Below are positions 18,859 to 27,112 of a stretch of 64,000 nucleotides of DNA, in pieces (the first letter of the stretch is position 1; every line of letters begins with the position of its first letter). The stretch lies in the NCBI GenBank assembly GCA_964580005.1, contig CAZOIZ010000002.1, forward strand, positions 5,308-69,307, written 5' to 3'. The position numbers were made by a program, and so were the translations under genes. The stretch is from an uncultured Rhodobacterales bacterium. Its GTDB lineage: Bacteria > Pseudomonadota > Alphaproteobacteria > Rhodobacterales > Rhodobacteraceae. The notes under the pieces are model-generated. The model saw nothing but the letters and a program-made list of their open reading frames with translations. It was not told the DNA's origin and did not search any database.

Positions 18859-19542
18859 ATGAGTAAGAGAGAAATATCTAAAGTTGCAGCAAAAATTCTC
18901 ATTAACATCGGAGCAATTAACTTTAGTCCGCAGTCTCCTTTTAAACTTTCTTCTGGTTTTTTATCACCAAGCTATATCGATTGCAGAAAGATTATTGCAT
19001 ACCCATCAGCGTTTAAAACGATAACAGATATGATGATAGATACTATAAAATCGGATATGATTGGTCCATCACCAAATTATATAATAGGCGGTGAGACTGC
19101 CGGAATACCTTTTGCTGCAGCTATCGCTGAAAAAATGGGTCTTCCGCTATCTTATGTCAGGAAAGAACCTAAAGATTATGGGAAGAGCAAATTGATTGAA
19201 GGGGAGATTTTAAAGGACAAAAATAGTTTGTTAGTTGAAGATTTAATGACGGATGGGAAATCAAAAATAAGTTTTATCAACAATATTAGATCACACGAAA
19301 TTAAGTGCAATCTCAGTATAGTCGTTTTCAAATATAATATATTCGAGGATGCTGATATAATTCTGAAAAAAAATAATATTGAAGTACATTATCTAACTGA
19401 TTGGGAAGAGGTATATAACGAAATTTGCAAAATGGATAAATTTGGTTTTGATATTCTTTCAGAAATTAGGAAGTTTTTAGATGACCCCGTTGCTTGGTCG
19501 AATAATAGAAATCAATTCAATGATGTTCAATCTAGCTTATAA
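18859..19542 (+). CDS. pyrE: orotate phosphoribosyltransferase
   Basis: PRPP-binding loop LLVEDLMTDGKS; follows pyrC after 14 nt. Confidence 0.85.
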   Translation: MSKREISKVAAKILINIGAINFSPQSPFKLSSGFLSPSYIDCRKIIAYPSAFKTITDMMIDTIKSDMIGPSPNYIIGGETAGIPFAAAIAEKMGLPLSYVRKEPKDYGKSKLIEGEILKDKNSLLVEDLMTDGKSKISFINNIRSHEIKCNLSIVVFKYNIFEDADIILKKNNIEVHYLTDWEEVYNEICKMDKFGFDILSEIRKFLDDPVAWSNNRNQFNDVQSSL

Positions 19543-20224
19543 ATTTCTTACTTTTTAAATCTACAAAAGTAAAGACATGCAGTGTATCCAAATCTCTGTC
19601 AATAACCGCGTGATCAGATACTTTTCCACCAAGCCTTAAATAAAACTTCAACAAAGGCGGCAAAAAATTCTTTGCCGGTTTATGCTTTTCCCGAATAGCA
19701 ATTTGGTCCTTAATATTTAAAATGCTCGATGCTTTTTTTCTAACCGGAAATTTCGACCCTGCTATTTGGTTTTTTTCTAAATAGCATAAGGAATCTAAGT
19801 GCACAGGGTTATCCGCGCCAACAAAGCTGGTACAACCAAATATAAAATCCGCTCCACAATTTGAGATTAGGGACGCAAGATATTTAAAAGCACTTAAAAG
19901 TAAAAATGGATCACTTGAATCTTCATCTATGCATAATCTTCCAATCTCCATAGGTTTGAAAGGTAAATCTATGAGTTTTGTTAAGTCGTAATATTGGGCA
20001 GAGTAACTGAACAGTATCTCTTTCATACTCAAATATGTCCTAGACCTAAAAACTAAAACTAACTTATCTTCACTTTTTTTATCATATACAAGGCAGTGGT
20101 CTGATAGTTCATCGAACTCATCCGAGTCTAAACCACTTTCAGACCCTCTAAAGACTCTTTGCCTAAATTTTTGAGCTTTTAATCGGTGGGCATACGATCG
20201 ACCAAATTCTATTCGGTATCTCAT
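19532..20224 (-). CDS. GNAT-family N-acyltransferase of the OlsB / N-acyl amino acid synthase type
   Basis: 230 aa; AQKFRQRVF...DSDEFDELSDHCLVYD, YSAQYYDL, EIGRLCI and C-terminal LPPLLKFYLRLGG resemble the OlsB-like lyso-ornithine-lipid synthase family. Confidence 0.55.
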   Translation of the reverse strand: MRYRIEFGRSYAHRLKAQKFRQRVFRGSESGLDSDEFDELSDHCLVYDKKSEDKLVLVFRSRTYLSMKEILFSYSAQYYDLTKLIDLPFKPMEIGRLCIDEDSSDPFLLLSAFKYLASLISNCGADFIFGCTSFVGADNPVHLDSLCYLEKNQIAGSKFPVRKKASSILNIKDQIAIREKHKPAKNFLPPLLKFYLRLGGKVSDHAVIDRDLDTLHVFTFVDLKSKKFIS

Positions 20225-20276
20225 TATTTGATTTTTCTATTTTGGCGTTATATCCTATTTATGAAATACAAGTATA

Positions 20277-20648
20277 GTGTGGCAAGTGGAAAATAAAAAA
20301 TTAACTGATATGGAATATGCTGTAACCCAGCTTGGCGAGACTGAACCGCCTTTTTCACATCCAGGTTTTCCAAATAAGTCCGGTGAATTTTTATGTGTTT
20401 GTTGTTCAAGTAAATTATTTTCATCATCGCATAAGTTTGAAAGTGGCTCTGGATGGCCTAGTTTCTTCACCCCGTTATCAAAAGAGGCTGTAGAGACTGA
20501 AGTCGATTTTTCATATGGAATGAAAAGAGTTGAAGTGCATTGCAGTAATTGTAAAGCACACCTAGGACACGTATTTGACGATGGACCTAACCCAACTGGA
20601 CTAAGATTTTGTATCAATGGTGTTGCGTTAAAATTTCAGCCAACTTAA
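20277..20648 (+). CDS. msrB: peptide-methionine (R)-S-oxide reductase
   Basis: Two CxxC pairs (CVCCSSKLF, CSNCKAHLGHVF) and the catalytic RFCINGVAL segment. GTG start. Confidence 0.9.
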   Translation: MWQVENKKLTDMEYAVTQLGETEPPFSHPGFPNKSGEFLCVCCSSKLFSSSHKFESGSGWPSFFTPLSKEAVETEVDFSYGMKRVEVHCSNCKAHLGHVFDDGPNPTGLRFCINGVALKFQPT

Positions 20649-21085
20649 TCCACAGCCCGTATTCTACCGATACCAACATTTGAAAAAAGGTTAGCAATTA
20701 ATGACCTTTCCTCAGTGTTAAAATTAGTAGCATCCGTATTCAGATCGAAAGACTTTCCGTCCTTCAGGCTAAACTTTTTTAGCTTAATTAATTTCTTTTT
20801 TTTATTAAAGTAGAGAACTAAAACGTCTCTTGAAATCACTTTGGGTTCAAAAAACAAAACTCTATTTGTTACCTGTGAAGAATAAATAAATATTGGCTCT
20901 TTTTTTCCTAAAACTAAAGCAGGCTCTCCTAACTTAGATTTTGCAGTCGAAGTAGAAGTTACATTGACTTTCAGTTGATCAATACTGTCTCGGACAGGCA
21001 AATAGCCATTATTGCTTTTAATTCCTGTGCAAGCATTTATAAGTAAACATGTTACAGTTAGAACTATAAATTTCTTTTTAAACAT
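20645..21085 (-). CDS. bamE: outer membrane assembly lipoprotein BamE (SmpA/OmlA)
   Basis: Signal peptide with lipobox LLINAC; small size and a GYLPVRDSIDQLKV...LGEP pattern. Confidence 0.65.
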   Translation of the reverse strand: MFKKKFIVLTVTCLLINACTGIKSNNGYLPVRDSIDQLKVNVTSTSTAKSKLGEPALVLGKKEPIFIYSSQVTNRVLFFEPKVISRDVLVLYFNKKKKLIKLKKFSLKDGKSFDLNTDATNFNTEERSLIANLFSNVGIGRIRAVD

Positions 21086-21138
21086 TTTAATGTTAATGAT
21101 TGATTGTTGTAAAATTTGCGTTCAGATAATGATATATC

Positions 21139-21669
21139 ATGAAAAAAACTCAAGAAATAGATAATTTTACTCACATAGTTTCCTTAGAACAACTGAAGAG
21201 AGAAATAGAGTACGAGTTTAACCTTTCATGTTCAGAAAATGGTTTAAGGGAATTAAGTGAGGAATTAAATATTTTAGAAGCAAAAAAAGCTAGTATCAAT
21301 GGGACATTGACGTTAAAAACAGACAGGCAGATAATATTGCGTTGTACTGTCAAAGCAAAACTTATACAGCCCTGCTCACTTACACTTGAACCTGTAGTAA
21401 CAAATATATCTAAACAAGTTTTGAGGACATTTTTTATTGGATCAAACAGCAATTCACCTTTGAAAAAAAGTATTTTTGAACTTACAGAGAAATCCTTTGA
21501 TACCGATATAATTTTAAATGAAATTAATTTGGGGGAGGTGTTAATGGAAACTATCAGCCTTGAAACACCTGATTATCCAAAAAAGTCTGGGGCAACTATA
21601 AACCTAACATCAAAAGAAAATACCGCGATTGAGAATCCTTTTTCTATTCTAAGAAAACTTAAAAAGTAA
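21139..21669 (+). CDS. yceD: YceD/DUF177 family protein
   Basis: 176 aa located immediately upstream of rpmF-plsX (classical position); has an LRCTVKAKLIQPCSLTLEPV segment. Confidence 0.65.
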   Translation: MKKTQEIDNFTHIVSLEQLKREIEYEFNLSCSENGLRELSEELNILEAKKASINGTLTLKTDRQIILRCTVKAKLIQPCSLTLEPVVTNISKQVLRTFFIGSNSNSPLKKSIFELTEKSFDTDIILNEINLGEVLMETISLETPDYPKKSGATINLTSKENTAIENPFSILRKLKK

Positions 21670-21747
21670 TTTCAAGATTTTGCTTGCGCTATTCGCAATT
21701 TTCCTTATGGTGCATGGTTGAACTCAATATGACAAAGAGGAATCCAG

Positions 21748-21963
21748 ATGGGCGTGCCTAAGAGTAAAATTACTAGATCTAAAAGAGGCCTAAGAAGAGC
21801 CCACGACGGCATAATATCACGACAATATGGTGAATGTAGCAATTGTGGGGAATTAAAGTTATCACACCACGTATGTGGTGCATGTGGTTATTATGGCTCA
21901 GGGAACAAACAGAGAAGAGTAATTAATAAAATAGAATCTGAAGTTGTAGATGACGAAGATTGA
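21748..21963 (+). CDS. rpmF: 50S ribosomal protein L32 (zinc-ribbon form, acidic C-terminal tail)
   Basis: [19 protein letters not shown] plus CSNCGE...CGACG. Confidence 0.95.
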   Translation: MGVPKSKITRSKRGLRRAHDGIISRQYGECSNCGELKLSHHVCGACGYYGSGNKQRRVINKIESEVVDDED

Positions 21964-21998
21964 CATGAATTAGCTCAATTTGGAATACCTGAAAGCTA

Positions 21999-22997
21999 AT
22001 GGGCAAAGAAAAGAAAATTATTCTCTCAGTCGATTGCATGGGAGGAGACAACTCCGTAGATGAAATTATTGGAGGAGTTAACTGGTTTTGTTCTGAAAAC
22101 AACGATGATAGATTTATATTGCATGGAGACAAGAATGCAATAACCCAAGCTCTTGATAATTACCCTAAGATAAAACAGAAGTGCAAAATTAAGCACTGTG
22201 AAAAAGTAATCCAAATGGGAGATAAGCCTGCTCAGTCCATAAGAGGAGGGAAGAACTCCAGTATGTGGAACTCCATAGAAAGCGTTAAAGCATCTAAAGC
22301 AGAAGTCGCGGTATCATGTGGGAATACTGGCTCGCTGATGGCTATTTCAACTCTACTTTTAAGAAAACTACCTGATGTGAAAAGACCGGCAATAGCTATT
22401 TTTTGGCCATCAACATCCGGAAAAGGTTTCAATGTTGTTCTAGACGCAGGAGCGGATATCAAGGCACAAGCCTCTGATCTACTTGCTTACTCTAAATTCG
22501 GATCAGATATCTTTTCTAAAGTTTTCAATACACATAGGATCAAAGTCGGTTTATTGAACGTGGGTACAGAAACGCATAAAGGAAATGAACAGCTAAGAAA
22601 AGCATCGGAAATGTTAGTCGAAACTTTCAGAGAGGGAGCAATAGAATACGTAGGATTTGTTGAAGGTAGTGATTTTTCTTCTGATAAGGCTGATGTTATA
22701 GTGACTGATGGTTTTAGTGGAAATATTGCTCTAAAAACGGCTGAAGGCACAGCAAATTTAATCAAAAAATTTTTTATTGATGAGTTTAGTTCATCTTTAT
22801 CAGGTTTATTTATGGGCCTTCTTATGAAAAGAAAGCTTGCGCGTCTTAAGGAAAGAATGGATCCGAGAACTTTAAATGGTGGGGTCTTTGTTGGCTTAAA
22901 CGGATTGGTAATAAAATCGCATGGGAGTTCCGACTCCAAAAGTTTTTACTCAGCTCTTAAGCTAGCAAGAAAGATGTGTCAAACAAAACCATCCTAA
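21999..22997 (+). CDS. plsX: phosphate acyltransferase PlsX
   Basis: SVDCMGGDN, VVLDAGAD and DGFSGNIALKTAEG. Confidence 0.9.
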   Translation: MGKEKKIILSVDCMGGDNSVDEIIGGVNWFCSENNDDRFILHGDKNAITQALDNYPKIKQKCKIKHCEKVIQMGDKPAQSIRGGKNSSMWNSIESVKASKAEVAVSCGNTGSLMAISTLLLRKLPDVKRPAIAIFWPSTSGKGFNVVLDAGADIKAQASDLLAYSKFGSDIFSKVFNTHRIKVGLLNVGTETHKGNEQLRKASEMLVETFREGAIEYVGFVEGSDFSSDKADVIVTDGFSGNIALKTAEGTANLIKKFFIDEFSSSLSGLFMGLLMKRKLARLKERMDPRTLNGGVFVGLNGLVIKSHGSSDSKSFYSALKLARKMCQTKPS

Positions 22998-23016
22998 CTG
23001 TCTGATAAAACTTAAG

Positions 23017-23046
23017 TTGACATCGCAATAATACTTAAATTATTTT
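23017..23046 (+). promoter_or_regulatory. candidate sigma70-type promoter for ihfA (TTGACA-N18-TATTTT)
   Basis: TTGACA at 23017-23022 and TATTTT at 23041-23046, ahead of GGAGG (23053-23057) and ATG 23063. Confidence 0.35.
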
Positions 23047-23062
23047 GTAGATGGAGGTTAAG

Positions 23063-23365
23063 ATGGAACGCAAAACACTAACTCGCCAAGATATTAGCGA
23101 AGCGCTTTATAGAGATGTTGGGCTTTCAAAACATGAATCCGCTCTGATGTTAGAGACTGTGTTAGAACATATCTCTAACGCACTGACAGACGGAGAGATT
23201 GTAAAGCTTTCATCATTTGGTACTTTCACTTCAAGGCAAAAACGGGAAAGGATTGGTAGAAATCCAAAAACAGGAGTGACTGCCACTATTAATGCTAGGC
23301 GTGTAATAAGCTTTAAACCCTCCAAGTTGATGAAAGCGCGTATTAATGAGTCTGAAGAAAATTGA
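23063..23365 (+). CDS. ihfA: integration host factor alpha subunit
   Basis: [23 protein letters not shown]-binding arm. I chose the start at ATG 23063 (GGAGG 5 nt upstream) rather than ATG 23051, which contains that SD. Confidence 0.9.
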   Translation: MERKTLTRQDISEALYRDVGLSKHESALMLETVLEHISNALTDGEIVKLSSFGTFTSRQKRERIGRNPKTGVTATINARRVISFKPSKLMKARINESEEN

Positions 23366-23829
23366 ACACAAAATTTGATATTCAAAAAGCACCTAGGGCC
23401 TTTCGTACCATATCTGAAGTGGCTAGAGAATTAAATTTACAACCATATGTAATTCGTTTCTGGGAAAGTCAGTTTAAACAAATAAAACCAATGAGGCGGA
23501 AAGGCGGGCGGAGGTATTACAGACCACGGGATATTGACTTTCTCAAAGGCTTAAAGGCATTACTTCATGGAGAAAATATGACCATTAAGAAAGTCAAAGA
23601 GACCATTATTAAAAGAGGTAAAGACTTTATTGTTAATTGGCCAAATGAGGTACCAGTTGAACCATCAGTCATAGGGAAACGAAGAGTACAGATTAAATTT
23701 AGCCATGCTGGGATGAAGACGTTATATATCAAATCTTCAATCAGTGAACAGCAAAGGTTGAAGATAAATTCCCTAATAGAAGCTTTAAATAGGGTAAGAA
23801 AGCAAATGCTAGCTAATACAAGTATTTAG
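23362..23829 (+). CDS. MerR-family transcriptional regulator
   Basis: [26 protein letters not shown]. The TTG start overlaps the ihfA stop (TTGA). This is the conserved ihfA-merR pairing of alphaproteobacteria. Confidence 0.8.
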   Translation: MNTKFDIQKAPRAFRTISEVARELNLQPYVIRFWESQFKQIKPMRRKGGRRYYRPRDIDFLKGLKALLHGENMTIKKVKETIIKRGKDFIVNWPNEVPVEPSVIGKRRVQIKFSHAGMKTLYIKSSISEQQRLKINSLIEALNRVRKQMLANTSI

Positions 23830-23837
23830 ATTAATTG

Positions 23838-23914
23838 CGGGCTATGGCGCAGTCTGGTAGCGCGTTCGTCTGGGGGACGAAAGGTCGTGAGTTCGAATCT
23901 CGCTAGCCCGACCA
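23838..23914 (+). tRNA. tRNA-Pro (anticodon GGG), CCA encoded
   Basis: Hand-folded cloverleaf: acceptor CGGGCTA/TAGCCCG, D stem GCGC/GCGC, anticodon stem TTCGT/ACGAA with loop CTGGGGG, variable loop AGGTC, T arm GTGAG-TTCGAAT-CTCGC, then ACCA; 77 nt. Confidence 0.9.
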
Positions 23915-23918
23915 GAAA

Positions 23919-25022
23919 ATGAGTAAATTAATGCTTTTCAAAAAAAAAGGTGCACTTCCGGCACAACAGATAATAGATTTATACAATGGATCTTGTATAA
24001 AGTCTGTTAAACCCCTAACAGATAACCAGATCCAACCGGCGAGTATGGACTTACGGTTATCTAAAAAATGTTGGGAAGTGGAAGCTTCTTTCTTACCTGG
24101 ACACAAAACAAGTGTTAGACAAAAGTTATCAAAATTAAAAAAGAGGGAAATAGATATCAGTACCTTTAGAACGCTGACAAAAGGTAAAATTTATATAATA
24201 CAAATACAAGAAGAATTGAGCTTACCTGATAATATTTCAGCAGTAGCGAATGCCAAAAGTTCAACAGGAAGACTAGATATATTGACAAGATTGATATCAG
24301 ATAATTCTAGCTGCTTCGATCGCATCAGAAAAGGTTATAAAGGCAGAGTTTATGTGGAGATAGCTCCTATCTCTTTTTCTATAACTATCAGGGAAGGGAT
24401 AACACTGAACCAACTTCGATTTCATAATGAGCAGAAAATTATAGCTGATCAACAACTAGAAAAGCTAAATAGTAGATTTGGTATTGTAGAGAATACAACA
24501 CAAATAGATAACGGCATTACAATCTCTGTGAACTTAAAAAGTAAAGGAGATGAACCAATTGGTTTCAAGGCACGGAAAAATTGCCCAGCGATTAACCTTA
24601 GTAAGCTTAACTTCTATAAAGTAGAAACTTTTTGGGAAAAACTATTCTCAAGAAAGGGTTATATCACATTAGCTCCAGGCGCATTCTATATTCTGAGAAG
24701 TAAAGAATACATTACTATCCCGCCTCAAACTGCTGCAGAGATGGTTCCTTATGAGGTAAGGATGGGAGAGTTTCGTGTACATTATGCTGGATTTTTTGAT
24801 CCTGGCTTTGGTTTCACGAAAAATAATACGGATAAACGCTCGAAGGCAGTGCTTGAAATTAGATGTCATGAAACCCCTTTTATACTTCAAGACAGTCAAA
24901 TTATTGGCAAGTTAATATATGAGACCCTATCCGGCTTACCAAACACTACGTATGGAGAAATGATTGGATCTAACTATCAAGGACAAACACTTAAGCTATC
25001 AAAACATTTTGAAAGTTGGTAG
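23919..25022 (+). CDS. dcd: 2'-deoxycytidine 5'-triphosphate deaminase (long alphaproteobacterial DCD form)
   Basis: QIQPASMDLRL and a two-lobed dUTPase-like length (367 aa). Alternative start at ATG 23931. Confidence 0.75.
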   Translation: MSKLMLFKKKGALPAQQIIDLYNGSCIKSVKPLTDNQIQPASMDLRLSKKCWEVEASFLPGHKTSVRQKLSKLKKREIDISTFRTLTKGKIYIIQIQEELSLPDNISAVANAKSSTGRLDILTRLISDNSSCFDRIRKGYKGRVYVEIAPISFSITIREGITLNQLRFHNEQKIIADQQLEKLNSRFGIVENTTQIDNGITISVNLKSKGDEPIGFKARKNCPAINLSKLNFYKVETFWEKLFSRKGYITLAPGAFYILRSKEYITIPPQTAAEMVPYEVRMGEFRVHYAGFFDPGFGFTKNNTDKRSKAVLEIRCHETPFILQDSQIIGKLIYETLSGLPNTTYGEMIGSNYQGQTLKLSKHFESW

Positions 25023-25026
25023 TGGC

Positions 25027-25578
25027 CTAATCTTGATTTAATTTTCTTACGGATAACCCAAGCTCTCTTAGTTCCTTCCTCCCTGGGAGATCCTTTGTGC
25101 TACTCAAGTCAAAGTAATCGAGAAATTTGTCAGTTGTGAGGAAAGTCACAGGACGACCCGGGCTTAATTTTCTTCTACCAAACTTTATCCATTCTAAATC
25201 CATTAATACATCAATAGTACCAGACCCTACACTTACCCCCCTTATCTCTTCTATTTCTAGTTTAGTAACTGGTTGATGATATGCGATAATTGCTAAGGTC
25301 TCTCTTGCAGCTCTTGATATGCTCTTTTTTTTTACCTTCTTTTTAACAAATAGATGATCTAAATCTTTCGCAGTACGAAGAACAATCGAATTGCCTACAC
25401 GTTTTAAATTTATTCCTCTTGTTTCGTAATGTTTTTGTAATTTTTCGATTACCGATTCAATATCTATATTTGTGGGTAAATTTTTCTTTAACTCTTTAAT
25501 AGAGAGTGCCTCGGAAGACGTAAATAGTAGCGCTTCGATAACTCTCTCGGCATTGTGTTTTTTCAAAGATGACTCCAC
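25027..25578 (-). CDS. scpB: segregation and condensation protein B
   Basis: VIEALLFTSSEALSIKEL; the start overlaps the scpA stop by 1 nt. Confidence 0.85.
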   Translation of the reverse strand: MESSLKKHNAERVIEALLFTSSEALSIKELKKNLPTNIDIESVIEKLQKHYETRGINLKRVGNSIVLRTAKDLDHLFVKKKVKKKSISRAARETLAIIAYHQPVTKLEIEEIRGVSVGSGTIDVLMDLEWIKFGRRKLSPGRPVTFLTTDKFLDYFDLSSTKDLPGRKELRELGLSVRKLNQD

Positions 25579-26354
25579 TATCCCTTATTCCCGTCGCTTA
25601 CTATTGCCAAATCTAAACCAGAAAGGGTATTTGTCTGCTTCATTTGTATTTTTCCCAATTTTGCATATTCAAGTAGTCCACAGAAAATAGATGCTGCGCA
25701 ACGCTTGGCGTCAATGCCTGATAAAGTATGAATCTCCTTAACCAAATTTGAAAAACTGATTAATGCTTTTGACCCTTTAACCTGTTGCTCAATAAAACTA
25801 ATTGCCTTATCTAAAAACAAATATTCCTCTTTGGTTTGCAACGAAATTTGATAATCCTTTTTATCTATAATGCCTGTATAGGCTCTCAATATATCTGCAA
25901 TCTGGACGTTTAAGCAATCCTCCTCTATTTCTTTTTTATTTTTATTAATCGAGCTTGGAAAAAAATGTTGTAAAAGCTGAGGTCTATCAAATAGCCATAT
26001 AGCATTTTCTCTTATTTTAGCCAATCTCTCAAGTCTAAGTGCTAATAATTGATTGATCTTTTCACCATCTTCCTCGTTTAACTCATCCTCAGGAATGATT
26101 AATTGACTTTTCAATAATGTAAGCCATGCAGCCATTACTAAGTAGTCTCCCGCAAATTCTAACTTAAACTTATACCTTTTATTCTTCAGATAATTTAGAA
26201 ACTGATCAGCTAGAATACCTAGCTGTACCTTCTTTAGATCCACTTTCTGACTCTTCGCCAATGTAAGCAAAAGATCCAAAGGGCCTTCAAATCCGTCTAA
26301 AATGACGTGTAATTCTGGCTCAGCACTAGCACGATATTCAGTTGCTTCTTCCAT
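25578..26354 (-). CDS. scpA: segregation and condensation protein A
   Basis: LDGFEGPLDLLLTLAKSQKVDL kleisin N-terminal motif. Confidence 0.85.
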   Translation of the reverse strand: MEEATEYRASAEPELHVILDGFEGPLDLLLTLAKSQKVDLKKVQLGILADQFLNYLKNKRYKFKLEFAGDYLVMAAWLTLLKSQLIIPEDELNEEDGEKINQLLALRLERLAKIRENAIWLFDRPQLLQHFFPSSINKNKKEIEEDCLNVQIADILRAYTGIIDKKDYQISLQTKEEYLFLDKAISFIEQQVKGSKALISFSNLVKEIHTLSGIDAKRCAASIFCGLLEYAKLGKIQMKQTNTLSGLDLAIVSDGNKG

Positions 26355-26361
26355 TTATTGA

Positions 26362-27093
26362 TTAATTAACACCTTGTTCATTAACCAATAAGCATGAGAA
26401 TTGTCTACTGGAAAGTATTGAACACAATTTCTTACCTTCTTCTATCGAACTAATATTCATCAATTCAACTCGGAAAATTTCTTTTTCTGCTTCCAATTGC
26501 TCAAATATTTTTAGGTTGTCATTATTGAGCAGATTATTGTTTCTTTTTTTTATGATTTGCTTAAACTCATTCGCCTGTGAAAAAGAGTCGAATGAACCTA
26601 AATAAAGCTTTAGGAATCCCGGGTGAACCTTTGCTACTGACTGGTCTTTTACTTTGATCTTACTATTAACGACCTCTTCGAGCGCCTCCTCAATAGCTAT
26701 CGTTAAATCTTTCTGATCATCCTTACTGAATTCATTACTCTTTACTTCTTTTCGCAGATTTCCAAAATCTTGATCGTCTTTATTCAGAGTGATGTCGTTT
26801 TTGTCCAATATCTTGTTACCATTCTCAAGATTTTTGTATATTGATAAACTTTCATCGTGAAATAATTTACCACCTGGCTCATCTGGCTCAACCCTTATCT
26901 CCCCTTGAATGGCATTTATTATAGGTAAATTATTTATGTTTTTTTCTGGGATTTTTATAGCCCAATACGCAATGAGGCCTATGATCACTAATGAAACAAA
27001 GCTTACTAACCAACTCCCAACAAAAGAAATGTAGTCTAATGTGGTCTTCCTATCTGAAGTATAAGATGTAATGTCGTCCGCCTGTTCGCTCAT
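26362..27093 (-). CDS. SPOR-domain membrane protein
   Basis: One TM helix (WLVSFVSLVIIGLIAYWAI) and a C-terminal SPOR-like repeat (LYLGSFDSFSQANEF...FRVELMNISSIEEGKKLC). Start set at ATG 27093 to avoid overlap with the argS 3' end. Confidence 0.65.
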   Translation of the reverse strand: MSEQADDITSYTSDRKTTLDYISFVGSWLVSFVSLVIIGLIAYWAIKIPEKNINNLPIINAIQGEIRVEPDEPGGKLFHDESLSIYKNLENGNKILDKNDITLNKDDQDFGNLRKEVKSNEFSKDDQKDLTIAIEEALEEVVNSKIKVKDQSVAKVHPGFLKLYLGSFDSFSQANEFKQIIKKRNNNLLNNDNLKIFEQLEAEKEIFRVELMNISSIEEGKKLCSILSSRQFSCLLVNEQGVN

Positions 27094-27112
27094 TTTTTCT
27101 TTTATTTTAATG

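Noticed and set aside
20255-20617. 120-aa minus-strand ORF almost coextensive with msrB
   Set aside because: The plus-strand frame carries the full MsrB signature (two CxxC pairs, RFCINGVAL). The minus-strand product has no recognisable features.
23838-23914. tRNA-Pro as a possible integration hotspot for a genomic island
   Set aside because: No integrase, no direct repeat of the tRNA 3' end, and no compositional break downstream. The next genes (dcd, scpBA, argS) are core.
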